Assembly (NCBI RefSeq): GCF_018977255.1
Contig: NW_024704743.1
Coordinates: 13,828,001-13,892,000, forward strand
Length of the DNA: 64,000 nt
Direction of reading: 5' to 3'
Origin: Callorhinchus milii
Lineage: Eukaryota
Below the pieces are notes generated by a model. It worked only from the letters and a program-made list of their open reading frames with translations. It did no database searches and was not told where the DNA came from. How positions within the stretch are numbered: position 1 is the stretch's first letter; each line of letters starts with the position of its first letter. Both the position numbers and the translations under genes were made by a program. Positions 61,725 through 64,000 of the stretch are shown here, in pieces.

Positions 61725-61940
61725 AGATAAGGTACCAGATGCCTGACCTACACTCAGTTAGCTGATCTCCAGCTGAGTCGACACCAGGGGACATTGTAGT
61801 TGGCCTCTTGGGAAAATCAACCAGGGTAACTAGTCTGAATGATTGCCTGTGTCCCCTGCTGTAAAGTGTGTCTGTCAATGTCGGATAAGATTGGGAGTGG
61901 GCTTGACTATAATTTTCACTGCAAATAGCCCGACAACACT
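61725..61940 (+). mobile_element. LF-SINE-like element (degenerate)
   Basis: agttagctgatctc...ttggcctc...aaaatcaaccaggg...cccctgctg.aaagtgtgt...aatagcc. Confidence 0.55.
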
Positions 61941-62039
61941 GCGGATACTGCACAGATCAGTGCAGGTCCCAAACATAACTACTGAGAGCCATGTATGCTA
62001 TTCCCAGACTTAAAGAGAGGAACTAAATGAGTGGCTGAG

Positions 62040-62318
62040 TAGACTGAGCTATGTTCCTTATTTCTTAAAAAAGATGTTAAGGGGTGATTTGATTAAGGTA
62101 ATTAAAATAATGAATTTACAGGTAAGATAGTACATAACACTTTCTTTTAGTAGAGGAGTCCATTTCAAGGCCATGGAATCAGATCCAAGACAGTTATAAC
62201 TGAGGTCAGGGAGCATTTCCTCACCCAGAGGGTTGTAAAGGTGTGGAGTGCTCTGCCCCAGAAAGCTGTAGAGGTGAAATTAATAGGGATTCTTTAAAAA
62301 GAGATGGACAGATACTGG
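62040..62318 (+). mobile_element. CR1 3' fragment, degenerate
   Basis: ttaaggggtgatttgattaagg...ttcctcacccagagggttgt...tggagtgctctgcc. Confidence 0.65.
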
Positions 62319-62323
62319 GTGGT

Positions 62324-63545
62324 AACAACAACAACAACCTGGATTTATATAGCGCCCTCCATGCCGGACAGCGTCTCAGAGCGCTTCACAGTACAGATCC
62401 CGGGGCCGAACCAGAGGGAGGGGGAGGAAGGTGACCAAAGGCGTGATCAAAAAGAAAGGTCTTCAGTCGAGACTGAAAGTGGGAAGAGACGAAGGGAGAG
62501 GAAGGGAGTTCTAGAGCCTTGGGGCGGTGAGAATGCGGGTGGCAGAGTTTTGGATGACCTGGATATTGTGAATGGTAGTGGAGGGGAGACCGGCGAGGAG
62601 GGCATTTGAATAGTCTAGCCAAGAGGTGACAAAGGCATGGACCAGGGTTTCAGCGACTTTTGGAGTGAGATATTGGTGGAGACGGGCGATGCATCGGAGG
62701 TGGAAGAAGCGGTGCTGGTGAGGGACTGGATGTGAGGGAGGAAGGATAATTGGGGGTCAAACCTGACGTCTAGATTGCATATGGGTTCGGAGAGTTTTAG
62801 GGGGAGGTCAGGTAGGTGGAGGAGGTGAGAACCGTGTCATTTTAGACCTTGACGGGAACCAAAGAGTATGGGTTCCGTCTTGTCAACGTTCAGTTGAAGG
62901 AAATTTGCGCTCATCCAGCTCCTGAGATCTGACAGGCAGGCTGACAGAACATCAGGGGACTGGGGGTCACAAAGTGAGGTGGAAAAATAGAATTGGGTGT
63001 CGTCTGCATATATGTGGAAATGTACCCCATGTCTGAGGATAACATCCCCAAGAGGGAGCACATAGATCAGAAAGGAGGGAGCCAAGGATGGATCCTTGGG
63101 GCACCCCACAGGTAACCGGGTGAGAGCGGGAGGAAAAGCCGTTTGTGCAGATGTACTGCTGGGGGTTCGTGAGATAGGACTCAACTGATCCAGAGGGGAT
63201 GGACTGGTTGATAACATCATCCAGTAGTGTGCAGGGGAGGGGGAGCTGGGTGACCATCAAGTTGGTGGGGAGGGAGTCGAGGCAGCAGGTGGTGGGTTTC
63301 ATTGAGGTGATGGTGGGTGAGAGGGAGGAGGGAGAGATGGGGAGGAAGGAATGTAGGTTGGGGGTCGTGGTAGGAGCTGATGATGGGAAGGGTGAGGGGG
63401 ATGGAGAGAGGGTGGTGGTGGGTGACAAGATGCAGGAGGCTGCCTGGCGGATGTTGTGTATTTTGGATGAAAAGAAGTCCATGACCTCCTCGCACTTGGC
63501 ATTGGATGTGATAGGGGAATGGGGAAAATGCAGGACATTGGGATT
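62324..63545 (-). mobile_element. L2 LINE fragment with internal deletions
   Basis: Motifs YADDTQFY, WMSANFLQLN, GVPQGSILG; tail at 62325. Confidence 0.9.
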
Positions 63546-64000
63546 AAAAAATCTGCCAAAATCTAATAAACTGGTGGAACAGGCTGGATGGACTGACACA
63601 AGAAATCATAAGACCCAAATTAGGGGGATGTACTTTGTGTTAAAGACAAGTTTTAAGGAAAATTTTAACATCCATTTTGTACTATTTGGGCTGTGTGAAG
63701 TGCTTTGAGATGGCCTTACGACGTGAAAGACACTGTAGAAAATTAAACTGTTCTTAACAATAAAGGAATGGAATGTATTTAGAAATAAGATGACTTTGAC
63801 CTCCAATGCTCAGACCGCCAGGTTTCAGTTTCCTAAGTATTATGGTTGGTTGTAATGGAGGTTAGTGCTGTGGGTGGGATGACGCACATCCCTGAGGTAC
63901 AAAGAACTGAGCAGCAGCTCCTCCAGAGTCAAGAAATTACTACTCCAAAATAGCAACAACTTCCTTCCATCACACTCGCCTTCATCACAATGCTGGTCAG

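Noticed and set aside
57551..64000. ITGA9 exon 3 (CGKTC..WMGVSL-like)
   Set aside because: No match seen by eye; probably upstream of the window.

Overview
Eukaryotic (vertebrate) genomic DNA. The repeat set (L2, CR1, DeuSINE-like, LF-SINE-like, Penelope-type palindromes) suggests a cartilaginous fish, possibly a chimaera; the species assignment is inference. The window lies inside an integrin alpha-9 (ITGA9) gene on the minus strand. I traced 12 consecutive GT-AG exons (equivalent to human exons ~4-15) from 57550 down to 9446. They total 1260 nt = 420 codons, join in frame without stops, and encode most of the beta-propeller and the start of the thigh domain. I did not find the flanking exons in the window. 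The introns are packed with retroelement debris: many L2 LINE fragments (one young copy nested in an older one with an 8-bp TSD), CR1 LINE fragments, at least three tRNA-headed SINE families, a decayed Gypsy LTR element (LTR, PBS, gag, protease, RT start) and mini/microsatellites. The most unusual structures are Penelope-type palindromes carrying decayed minimal hammerhead-ribozyme motifs on both sides of exon 12, a 72-bp near-perfect fold-back at an L2 end, and a 30-bp inverted repeat bracketing a SINE just upstream of exon 7. Almost all ORFs in the supplied track are transposon remnants or noise. I see no clear evidence of a wholly new protein-coding system.
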